Below, piece after piece: positions 25,065-36,362 of a stretch of DNA of 64,000 nt. The notes beneath the pieces were generated by a model that saw only the letters and a list, made by a program, of their open reading frames with translations, did no database searches and was not told the DNA's origin. The stretch spans positions 197,904,001-197,968,000 of the forward strand of contig NC_091988.1 of NCBI RefSeq assembly GCF_044704955.1. Reading direction: 5' to 3'. The stretch is from Pristiophorus japonicus. Its lineage: Eukaryota. Numbering within the stretch: position 1 is the stretch's first letter; each line of letters opens with the position of its first letter. The translations under genes and the position numbers were made by a program.

Positions 25065-25980
25065 TCTCTGCTGAGCATATTCCACATGTACACTGATGAC
25101 ACCCAACCTTACCTCATCGTAACCTCTCGCGACCCCTTCACTGTCTTTGAATTGTTGCACTGTTTGCAGTACTGGATGTGCAGAGATTTCTTCCCACTAA
25201 ATATTGGGAAAACTGAAATCATTGCCTTCGGTCCCCACCACAAACGCTGTTCCCCAACCACCGACTCCATCCCTCTCGCTGGCAGCGGTCTGAGGCTGAA
25301 CCAGACCCTTCGCAACCTCGGGGTCGTACTTGACCCCGAGGTGAGCTTCCGACCACATACCCGCTCCACCACCACCCTTACTTCAAACCCCGTAACTCCG
25401 CCCCTGCCTCAGCTCATCTGCTGAAACCCTCATCTCTGCCTTTGTTGCCTCGGGCCAGACTCCCATCTTCCACCCGACATAAACTTGAGCTCATCCAAAA
25501 CTCTGCTGGCCGTGTCCTAATTCGCACTAAGTCCCGCTCACCCACCATCCCTGTACTCACTGACCTACATCGGCTCCCAGTTCAGTAACACCTCGATTTC
25601 AAAATTCTTACCCTTGTTTTCAAATCCCTCCATGGCCTCACCTCTCCCTATCACTGTAACCTTCTCCAACCTTACAACCCTTCGAGATTCTCCAAATCTG
25701 GCCCCTTGCGTGTCTCTGATTATAATCGCTCTACCATCAGCAGCCATGCCTTCAGTGGCTGAGGCCCCAAGCTCTGGAATTCCCTCCCTAAACCACTCCG
25801 CCTCTCTCTCCTCCTTTAAGACGCTCCTTAAAACCTACCTCTCTGACCAAGCATCTGTCTGAATATCACATTATGTGGCTCGGTGTTAAATTTTGTTTGA
25901 TAATGCTCCTGTGATGCGCCTTGGGGATGTTCCCACGGTGTAAACGGTGCTGTATCAATCCTCCTGGCAACGTTGTTGTT
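25065..25980 (+). mobile_element. L2 LINE 3' region
   Basis: FHMYTDDTQPY, LNIGKTEIIAFG, RNLGVVLD are L2 RT motifs; L2 3' UTR follows. Confidence 0.9.
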
Positions 25981-26111
25981 GAGCAAACAACGCAATAGAT
26001 TTTACAGTAAGTTAGGGAGAAGGACCTGCCTGGTTGTTCCAACTTGCTTGTAGCCCCCTCAGCCGCCAGAGATAATGCTTCTTTAAAATAAAATTACCCT
26101 GGGTGTTTTGG

Positions 26112-28010
26112 ACTTTGAAACAAATATTGAAAGCTTCTATTTATACTGTATATCATATTAAAAATGTTACATCTGTCAACTCCAGCATTATAAATTCCAA
26201 TGTCCACATTTATAAGGGAAGCATGTGTCAGCATGCCAAGGTGTGATTCCACACTCCACCAGTGGAGGTGCTGCAGCATCACCAGGTTATAATGACCATA
26301 TGGCAAGTCTATGTCACAAACATGGATATAGGAATTTATAATGGAATATAAAAGTAAGGAATATAAAAATTGGTCCAATTATCCTCCTGGCTTCTAACCC
26401 CACTTCACCTGTAGATTACACAGCAACAACAACTTGTATTTATATAGCGCCTTTAATGTAGTGAAACATCCCAAGGCAATTCACAGGCGTATTACGAGAC
26501 AAAAAATTCGAAGCCACATAAGCCGAAATTAGGGCAGGTGACCAAAAGCTTGCTTAAAGAGGTAGGTTTTAAGGAGCGTCTTAAAGGAGGATAGAGAGGC
26601 GGAGAGGTTTAGGGAGGGAGTTTCAGAGCTTAGGGCCCAGGCAGCTGAAGGCACGTCCATTGATGATTGAGCGATTATAATGAGGGTTGTTCAAGAGGGC
26701 AGAATTTGAGGAGCGCAGACATCTCGGGGGGTTGTGAGGCTGAAAAAGATTATAGAGATAGGGAGGGGCAAGGCCACGGGGTGATTTGTAAACAAGGATG
26801 AGAATTTTGAAATTGAGGCGTTGTTTAACTGGGGGACAATGTAGGTCAGCGAGCACAGGCGTGATGGGTGATCGTGACTTGGTGTGAGTTAGGACATGGG
26901 CAGCCGAGTTTTGGATGTCCTCAAGTTTACGTAGGGTAGAATGTGGGAGGCCAGCCAGGAGTGAGTTGGAATAGTCAAGTCTAGAGGCAACCTTGATGTT
27001 ATAGACTTTGAAAAAACTATTGACAGCTTATATTTGTATGTATGTGTCTATGACATATTAAAAATGTTACATCTGTCAACTCCAGCATTATAAATTCCAA
27101 TGTCCACATTTATAAGAGAAATAAAAACAGAAAATGCTGGAAATCTCAGTGGGTCAGGCAGCATCTGTGGAGAGAAAAGCAGAGGTAATGTTTCAGTTCG
27201 ACGACCTTTCCCGCTGAGATTTCCAGCATTTTCGGTTTTAATTTAGATTCCAGCATCCGCAGTATTTTGCCTTTTTATAAAGGAATTGTCTGTGTAAGCA
27301 TGCCAACCTGTGATTCCACACTCCTCCAGTGGAGGTGCTGCAGTGCCACCGGATTATAATTACCACGTGACAAGTTTATGTCACTAGTATGGATATAGGA
27401 ATTTAGAATGCTGGAGTATAAAAATAAGGATAGATTTCGTGACTTTAATATTGGGACTGAATTACATCTGTGTGTTTTGATCCAATTATCCTCCCGGCTT
27501 CTAACCCCACTTCACCTGTAGACTATTACACAACAACAACTTGCATTTATATAGCGCCTTTAACGTAGTGATACAACCCAAGGTGCTTTACAGAAATATT
27601 ATGAGGCAAAAAATTTGACACCGAGCCACATAAGGAGAAATTAGCGCAGGTGACCAAAAGCTTGATCAAAGAGGTATGTTTTAAAGGAGCGTCTTGAAGG
27701 AGGAAAGAGAGGCGGAGAGGGTTAGGGAGGGAATTCCAGAACTTAGGGCCGAGGCAAGAGAAGACACAGCCTTCAATGGGTGAGCGATTATAATCAGAGA
27801 CTCTCAAGAGGGCAGAATTAGAGGAGCGCAAACATCTTTTTTGGGGGGGGGGGGGGAGGGGGAGATTACAGAGATAGGGAGGGGCGAGGGCCACAGAAAG
27901 ATTTGAAAACTAGGATGAAAATTTTGAAATCGAAGCGTTGCTTAACCGGGAGCCAATGTAGGTCAGCGAGCACAGGGGTGATGGGTGAGCGGGACTTGGT
28001 GCGAGTTAGA
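26112..28010. repeat. Local tandem duplication of unique DNA plus an L2 fragment
   Basis: 26112-26990 aligns with 27004-28010; both copies carry a minus-strand L2 3' end (26423-26990; 27530-28010) at the same junction. Confidence 0.9.
27118..27280. mobile_element. Penelope-derived inverted terminal fragment inserted in duplicate copy 2
   Basis: aaaacagaaaatgctggaaatctcag...ctgagatttccagcattttcggttt; resembles the Penelope tail near 41260-41445; absent from copy 1. Confidence 0.65.
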
Positions 28011-28383
28011 GTGCAAGTGGATTCCTTGTGTGAAATGCCACAGGTGAATAACTAGTATTATAAATGTTTCAAAATTCTCAGTTTATGTTTCAAATGTGAA
28101 GCTTCCCTCCCCTTTAGGTGAAACTGTTCGAGTGGATGCTATTGTGTATTGGTCAGACATTGGTGTATAAATAACATATAGATGATATCTTATAATGTCA
28201 TCAATGAAACAATCTAGAGAACTTCTGGGAAGCCAAATAATGCTGTATTGGGAATGTAAAACTGTCAAACAGTATCGCTGCGAATTTCCTTCGGCCACCA
28301 GAAACACCGGTAAACAGGGTTTCTGCCGATCTTCCGCCGTTACAGCGGCTGACCGGGAGAACCCAGAGGAAATTCCCAGCCTA

Positions 28384-28780
28384 TAGTGGTAGAACCTTCA
28401 CTCCCTCCATCACCGGCGCACCGTGGCTGCAGTGTGTACTATCCACAGGATGCATTGGCGCAACTCGCCAAGGCTTCTTCGGCAGCACCTCCCAAACTCC
28501 ACCACCTCGAAGGACAAGGGCAGCAGGTGCATGGGAGCACCTTCACCTGCAAGTTCCCCTCCAGGTCTCACACACCATCCTGACTTGGACACATATCGGC
28601 TGTTCCTTCATCGTCGCTGGGTCAAAATCCTGGAACTCCCTCCCTAACAGCACTGTGGGAGCACCTTCACCACACGGACTGCAGCAGTTCAAGGCGGCGG
28701 CTCACCACCACCTTCTCAAGCAGTGTTGGGCAATAAATGCCAGCCTTGCCAGCAATGCCCACATCCTGAGATTGAATAGA
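28384..28780 (+). mobile_element. LINE 3' end (CR1/L2 superclade)
   Basis: AAVCTIHRMHWRNSPRLLRQHLP and tcctggaactccctccct (WNSLP) followed by a LINE-type 3' UTR. Confidence 0.65.
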
Positions 28781-29819
28781 AAAATGCCTTTTTGCAATGT
28801 TAATTCATTCATAGGGCATAATAATAATTCCTAAGCTAAGGGCCCCCCAGTAAAACACATGGGGGAGGTTGTGTGGGGGTATAGGGAAGGGCCTGGTATA
28901 TATCTTAGTGCCCAGGTACCATGGCTCAGTGAACCAGCTAGAAATGGCTGTTCATTTTAAGAGGGTTAACATTACCATCTAAATAGTGCAAGAAGAAAAA
29001 TCATATGACAGCTTCAGGGTTTTTCTGCGAACAGTTTCTAGACTCATAAAATGTTAATACAGGCTTCATTATGCATTAGATAGGAATACATTTTGCCATC
29101 GGCAATCTCGGATGGATATTTCTCTTTATAGAACAGATTTCTCGAGAAATGAATAGGAGCCGTTTCAGTTTTTGGAAACCATGTCGCGCATCTTTCTAAA
29201 TGGTGCACCCATCGGGCCCCGCCAGCAATGATTATTCGTTCCTTGGTTAATATAGCATTAGAGCAAGGAACGGATTTCGGGTACCTTTTAGTTCACGGTA
29301 TTTTCTTGGAGAAAATGAAACAGAATTTAATTAAATTCTTATATCTGCTTTTGGCACTGACGGGCTTTAAAGGTGATTAAGGAGGAATGCACTGGATGGG
29401 TCCATGAATAGCATTTACATGTCTAATTGGAGTAGATCGCCTTTTAAAGTAGAATGCCCTTTTGTTGTTAACTGCCCAGAGCCCATCTTGCAAAATTTGA
29501 TAAATATTGGGATTTAAAAAAAATCAGTAATTTACCATATTGTTATTGCTGTTAACATGTGATGTCAAATATTGGTTTAGCATAGCATACGCAGGACTGT
29601 CATCACCCAGGTAACATTTAGAATCTATAAAGAACTGTAACTTCACACTCAAAACTCTTGTCATCTTCACCCACGTGAGAAACTCTTCAAATGATTTCAT
29701 GACAAGGGCCGTGAAATAATCAAAAGTTATCACATTCCCAAGAAACCCAGATCAAATATCTCACACAAATCTCACTCTTATAATTCAATGTTACTTAAAG
29801 ATAGCCAACTTCGCCCTGA

Positions 29820-30255
29820 TGCAACAATAATAACTTGCATTTATATAGCGCCTTTAACGTAGTAAAACATCCCAAGCCGCTTCACAGGAGCGTTATGGGA
29901 CGAAAATTGACACCAGGTTACATAAGGAGACAAGTGAGCAAAAGCTTGGTCAAAGAGGTAGGTTTTAAGGAGTGTCTTAAAGGAAAAGAGAGGTAGAGAG
30001 GCAGAGAGCTTTCGGCAGGAAATTTCCAAAGCTTTGGGCCCAGGCAACTGAACGCACTGCTGGCGATGGTAGGGTGAAGAAAATCGGAGATGCACAAGAG
30101 GCCAGATTTGGAGGAGTGCAGCAATCTTGGAGCGTTGTAGCGCTGGAGGAGGGTACAGAGATAGGGAGGGGCATGGCCATGGATCGACTTGAAAACAAGG
30201 ATGAGAATTTTAAAATCGAGGCGTTGCCGGGCCGGGAGCCAGTGTAGGTCAGCTA
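29820..30255 (-). mobile_element. L2 3' fragment
   Basis: AFSCLGPKLW, FKTLLKTYLFDQAF; shared aaggcgctatataaatgcaag tail. Confidence 0.85.
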
Positions 30256-30762
30256 CATTGTAGCTACCAAGTCTCTCCTGAGGGACAAATACTATCTCAG
30301 ATATCTCATACTGCTTTTCAGAACCCTAAGAAGACAATTCTTATTATCTCTGATCTGGCATGATACCGAACCAGACTCTGACACAAATCTAAAATGACCA
30401 AGGAACAAGCAACTTGATGCAATCCACTTCTAATAGCAAACAGATCGCTAGATAGTCAACATGACCCGAGATGTACCCACGGTGATTTCATCTTCCACTG
30501 ACTCTAAGTCCGATAAAACACATCCACCCACTAAACCCATTCACAAGCTGACCTGTGCCATCTGCAAGATATTCTTTATGCTTCCTCTGTGTCTATCTAA
30601 ACCAGTAGCAATTCAACACAAAATTGATACCATTCTTGAATAGTTCATGCAAAACCTAAACTCACCAACTCAACACAAGGATCAAATACTCCTTCCTCAG
30701 CTCTTCAGCTGTAGTGCATGATGCCAATAAGGACCAGAGATGGTGAAACATTTTTCAGGTAC

Positions 30763-31412
30763 GAGATACTTGACTTTATTAACCGAGGCATAGATTATAA
30801 GAGCAGGGAGATCATGCTTGAACTGTATAAAACACTAGTTAGGCCACAGCTAGAGTACTGCGTGCAGTTCTGGTCACCACATTACAGGAAAGATGCGATT
30901 GCACTAGAGAGGGTACAGAGGAGATTAACGAGTATGTTGCCAGGACTGGAGAATTTTAGCAATGAGCAAAGATTGGATAGGCTGGGGTTGTTTTCTTTGG
31001 AACAGAGGAGGTTGAGGGGAGACCTGATTGAGGTGTATAAAATTATAAGGGGCCTAGAGTGGATATGAAGGACCTATTTCCTTTAGAAGAAGGGTCAATA
31101 ACCAGGGGGGGGGGGGGGGGGCGGTAGATTTAAAGTCATTGGGAGGAGGTTTATAGTAATTGGAGGGGAAATGTTTTCACCTGGAGGGTGGTGGGGATCT
31201 GGAACTCACTGCCTGAAAGGGTGGTAGAGGCAGAAACCCTCACCACATTTAAAAAGTACTTGGATATGCACTTGAAGTGCCGTAACCTGCAGGGCTACGA
31301 ACCAAGAGCTGGAAAGTGGGATTAGGCTGGGTAGCTCTTTTTCGGCCAGTATGGACACGATGGGCCGAATGACCTCTTTCTGTGCTTTAAATTTCTATGA
31401 TTTTATGATTCT
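30763..31412 (+). mobile_element. CR1 3' fragment
   Basis: FINRGIDYKSREIMLELYKTLVRPQLEYCVQFWSP; tail ttctatgattttatgattcta. Confidence 0.9.
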
Positions 31413-31507
31413 ACTCAACCAACTTCAGATATTCAATGCGTCCATGCAAATGACCAAGGCTTGACACAACACTTAGATACTCAGTAAGGTCACAGATGGT
31501 CAATGTG

Positions 31508-31942
31508 ATTGAGTAGATTGGGCCTATCCTCTCCGGAGTGTAGAAGAATGGGAGGTGATCTCATTGAAACATATAAGATTCTGAGAGGGATTGACAGGTT
31601 AGATGCTGAGAGCTTGTTTCCCCTGGCTGGAGAACCTAGAACCAGGGGGCACAGTCTCAGGATAAAGGGACAATCATTTAAGACTGAGATAAGGAGGTAG
31701 TTCTTCATTCAGAGTTGTGCACCTTTAGAATTCTCTACCGCAATGTGCTGTGGATGCTGAGTCATTGAGTATATTCAAGGCTGTGATAGGTAGATTTTTG
31801 GACTTTAAGGGAATCAAGGGATATGGAGATCGGGCGGGAAAGTGGAGTTGAGGTCAAAGATCAGCCATGATCTCATTGAATGGCGGAGCAGATTCGAAGG
31901 GCCCTATGGCCTACTCCTGCTCCTATTTCTTAAGTTCTTATG
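31508..31942 (+). mobile_element. CR1 3' fragment
   Basis: GDLIETYKILRGIDRLDAE...RTRGHSLRI; CR1 3' UTR. Confidence 0.85.
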
Positions 31943-32499
31943 ACCTTAAAAGGCTGGTTGAACTCTTCATAAATAGCATGACTGACTTATGGTTAACATG
32001 ACATCTGGATTTATAAAAAAAAGAACTCTTGGATATTGGATGGAACACTTGATCCACACTAGAAATGTGAATACATTCACCAAGACTCCCAACGTAACAG
32101 ATGATTTTAAACACTGGGGTATTCTTGATGTTCATGAACACCCACAGATATACAGGATTTCGGTTATCCATAGTTAAGAGAAGCAAGTGCGATCTGAAGT
32201 CACTGAGCTGTCCATCCTGTCACCTCGAACTACAGAAGCACAGTAGTGATGCCCCATTTGTTTTAGTGAGCTGGCACAGAGAGTGCAACATAATGCTGCT
32301 GACGTCAGTCTCTCTCTATGTTTGCAAAGCGATCTACAAGAGGTGGTCTTCTGTTGCTTTTGCTTTGCACTACTGACAGTGTATCCACTGCTGTGACCTT
32401 TTATTTTATTTTAAAATTAAGTCTGCCTCCTGCAGTGCCATTCTACTTTACACCAATTGAAAGGAACTAACTCTCCCTTTACTGCCTCTCGATTCACTG

Positions 32500-32882
32500 C
32501 CTAGGCTGACACTCCCAGTGCAGTGCTGAGGGAGCGCTGCACTGTCGGAGGTGCCGTCTTTCCGATGACATGTTAAACCGAGGCCCCGTCTGCCCTCTCA
32601 GGTGGACGTAAAAGAATCCCTTCGTGCTATTTTGAAGAAGAGCAGGGGAGTTATCCCCGGTGTCCTGGGGCCAATATTTACCCCTCAATCGACATCAGTG
32701 AAACAGATTATCTGATCATGATCACATTGCTGTGTGCGGGAGCTTGCTGTGCACAAATTGGCTGCCGCATTTCCCACATTACAACAGTGACTACACGCAA
32801 AAAAAGTACTTCATTGGCTGTAAAGCGCTTTGGGACATCCTGAGGTTGGGCAAAGCGCTATATAAATGCAAGTCTTTCTTTA
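32500..32882 (+). mobile_element. SacSINE1-like DeuSINE (5' truncated)
   Basis: Deu core and tail. Confidence 0.85.
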
Positions 32883-33399
32883 TTTAAAGGATTCTCACTT
32901 GCTGATAAATATTGCTCCTTGCATGACTTTCATCTTGCAAGTATAGGGTTGGCCCCTAGCCTACTCCCACCCCATACCCCACAATGGTGTGAGGGAACGT
33001 GCTCCTTGCTCCAATTGCAATATGGCAAGAGCTGCAAAACACCATACAAGATGATGGTGAGCTGACCATCAAAACTGTCAGGACCACTCCCTCACAGCCT
33101 TATACATTAATCCAGTTATAAACAGTCAGTGGTACCTTGTTACATGGTTCACGTATTCTGCCTGACAACCCCCTGGCTATCAGCTTTCAGGGCATCCCAT
33201 CCTATTACAACCAGAGGCAGGGCATATGGCTATGTGTCAGCCATGGCTCAGTGGGCAGCACCCTTGCCTCTGATGCCAGAGGGTTGTGGATTCAAGCCCC
33301 ACTCCAGAGACTTGAGCCTGCATTGGAGGAGTGCAGATATTGTGAGGGGAGGAGGGCTGGAGAGTTAGGGTGGCTATGGAGGGAGTTGAACGCAATAAT

Positions 33400-34130
33400 T
33401 TTTTTTGAACGATAAGGGAGTCAAAGGTTATGGGGAGCGGTCAGGGAAGTGGAGTCGAGGCCAAGATCAGATCAGCCATGATCTTATTGAATGGCGGAGA
33501 AGGCTCGAGGGGCCAAATGGCCTACTCCTGCTCCTATTTCTTATACTCTTATATAAAAGCAAGAAAGTTATGCTAAACTTTTATAAGTCAGTGGTTAGGC
33601 CTCAGCTGGAGTATTGTGTCCACCGCACTTTAGGAAGAGATGTCAAGGTTTTGGAGAGAGTGTTGAAGAGATTTACTAGAATGGTACCAGGGATGAGGGA
33701 CCTCAGTTACGCGGAGAGACTGGAGAAACTAGGGATTGTTCTCTGCAGAGCAGAGAGATTTAATCGAGGTGTTCAAAATCATTCGGATTTTGATCAAATA
33801 AATAAAGGGAAACGGTTTCCAGTGGCAGGAGGGTCGGTAAGCAGAGGACACAGACTGAAGATAATCGTCAAAAGAACCAGAGGGGGGAGAGAGGAGAAAT
33901 CTTTTTTATGCAGCGAGTTGTTGTGATCTGGAACGCACTACCTGAAAGGGCGGTGGAAAGATATTCAATGGTAACTTTCAAAAGGCAATTGGATAAATAC
34001 TTTAAAAGTAAAAATTTGCAGGGCTACGGGGAAAGAGCAGGGGGAGTGGAACTCATTGAATAGGTCTTTCAGAGAACTGGCACTGGCACTGTAGGCCGAA
34101 ATGCCTCCTTCAATGCTGTATTATTCTATG
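33400..34130 (+). mobile_element. Two adjacent CR1 3' fragments
   Basis: CR1 3' UTR at 33400-33548, then YKSKKVMLNFYKSVVRPQLEYCV... through a second 3' UTR. Confidence 0.85.
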
Positions 34131-34691
34131 TGCTGACTCGAATTACCCTTTTTAAATTGGAGGATAAAGTATCGAGTGGCCGTGGAAGAGTTACAGCGAC
34201 ACAGTCTTTGCCATAGAGTAGCTGCAGTGTGGAAAAAACATAGTTCCGCAGCAAAAATGCTGAGTTTGACAAAAAAAAAATTAAGCCAGCCAGTCTCCCT
34301 CCTAAGGAAAACATTTAAAACAGGTCTGCCGATTCCAAAGTTCGTATGCAGTGTGCAGTTCGAAAGCCCCTTGAGATGAATGGAAGCTTTGTGACTGCAC
34401 TTGAAACAGTTACCACAATCAGAGCCTGAAACAATTTGGAAATTGTGGCGAGGATTCTTCCACAGGTACTGAATGTTGTAACATTGAAGGTTTTGCAATT
34501 TTGATCTTAATGGTGTGAAGGGACAGGGGTCAGGGGTGGGGAAAGCGAGGGGAAGGCTGTTGCTCACTTTCATTTTAAAATATCACAGGGTCAGTACAAA
34601 TATCCACAGACATACCCGTTTAAAATTAATTGTTAGGCAAGTTGGTGGGGCCCACTTATTGCCAGTTTAAAGCTCTACACAGCTTTGAAAT

Positions 34692-34930
34692 TCATAGAAT
34701 CATAGAGCGCGGAAGGCCATTCAGTCCATCACCCCTGAATAGCCTAGCTCTAATTTTAAGGTTCTGGGCTGCCCCACCAGAGGAAATAGTTTCTCTATCT
34801 ACCCCATCAAATCCTTCAATCTTTATCAACACCTCAATTAGATCACCTCTTAATCTTCTATATCCAAGGGAACACAAGCATAGTCCATGCAATTTGACCT
34901 CATAATTTAACTCTTTTAGCCCCGGTATCA
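34692..34930 (-). mobile_element. CR1 fragment, internally deleted
   Basis: MIPGLKELNYE...RRLRGDLIEVLI. Confidence 0.75.
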
Positions 34931-35134
34931 TTGGCAGGAGATTTATAGTTCCTGTGCAATCCCTTGTCCATCATCACCGGATTCTGAAGCATCCAACACC
35001 AATATAACAGTATATGCAGCTATGTCAACAGACTGAGATATCACGAAAGCAAAATGAACAATAAATGCAACAATCTGCAAACCAGTGTGAAACTATGATA
35101 AAATATATTCATTTACATATGTAAATGTCAGTGT

Positions 35135-35582
35135 CAGTCAGTGGCACAGTGGGTCAGGAGGCTGTGGGTTCAGGTCCCACTCCAGAGACTTGAGCACAAA
35201 AATCCAGGCTGACACTCCCAGTGCAGTGCTGAGGGAGTACTGCATTGTCGGAGGTGCCGTCTTTCGGATGAGACGTTAAACCGAGGCTCCCGTCTGCTCT
35301 CTCAGCTGGATGTAAAAGATCCCACAGCACTATTTCGAAGAAGAGCAGGGGAGTTCTCCTTGGTGTCCTGGCCAATATTTATCCCTCAATCAACATAACA
35401 AAAACAGATTGTCTGGGTCATTATCACAGTGCTGTTTGTGGGAGCTTGCTGTGCACACATGGGCTTGCTGTGTTTCGTACATTACAACAGTGACTACACT
35501 TCAAAGCAAGTATTCATTGGCTGTAAAGTGCTTTGGGGCATCCTGAGGTTATGAAAGACACTATATAAATGCAAGTCTTTCT
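35135..35582 (+). mobile_element. SacSINE1-like DeuSINE
   Basis: Head, core and tail. Confidence 0.85.
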
Positions 35583-36187
35583 TATATTCCTGCAAGCAAA
35601 TCCTTACTATAAATAACCAGGAGTGGCTGGTGTGAATTATTAGTACAGAATGTTCCGAATGTTTAATCCCTTTCTAAAAAAATAAATGCTGAGAACAATT
35701 AGTGATAATCTAACCCCGGGCTCGGTCTCACCCATACAGTCAGTGGCACTGGGGAGGGAGACGCAGCTTACGGGCACACTTTCCCATTCCAGTTCCACTT
35801 ATCTTTACTCCTGTTTAAATGTTCGGAGCACATAGCCGCCCACACCGATGCTTCAAAACCAAATGAAACACTGCACGCTTTCAAGGTGATTCTGTTGGTG
35901 GGGACCACCAGTAACAATGTCCAAAACAGAGGCGTGACTTGTTTAAGAGTTGTATAGGTTGTCTTCAGCCTGTGTCCCTCACCTTCTTTGGAGCCCAATC
36001 TAATAATACTTAAGGGCACTTTCACTTGCAATAATTGGCAATCTTTGCGTGTGCTAGGAAATTAAATCGGATTTAAAGTTTCTCTGCCCCCCCCCACCCT
36101 TCCCCCAAACAATCTGAATCCAATATTACTTTCAGATCATAATGCAGTAATTAAAAACAAATCTCGCTCCTTTCCCCTTACACCTAG

Positions 36188-36362
36188 CAGATGCTTCGAG
36201 CAGAGAGCGAGAGGAGCTGCCTGGGCTCTTCTGCTCCCCAGCGGGAGCTCACACTCACCTGATCCGGGCTGAGAGCGATGAAGGACGGCGAAGAATCCCG
36301 ATCGAGCCGCGGCGAGAGGCGGAGAGCGAGAGCAAGTTCCCCCGGGCAGACTTGTGGCACAG
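36188..36362 (+). CDS. RBPJL: RBPJL probable exon 2 (variable N-terminus)
   Basis: Polypyrimidine tract plus tag/cag tandem acceptor; open frame ADASSREREELPG...SKFPRADLWHR; strong donor CAG|gtaaga in phase 2, matching the phase-2 start of exon 3. The ending LWHR|SGPD parallels human TWTR|SSPE (recalled). CpG-rich. Confidence 0.7.

Noticed and set aside
29237-29272. Short hairpin cgttccttg...caaggaacg
   Set aside because: 9-bp stem only, too short for a pre-miRNA and plausible by chance.
34121-34573. 150-aa and 62-aa minus-strand ORFs in unique DNA upstream of RBPJL
   Set aside because: No recognisable homology, and the best exon-like segment puts a stop in the ATG frame.
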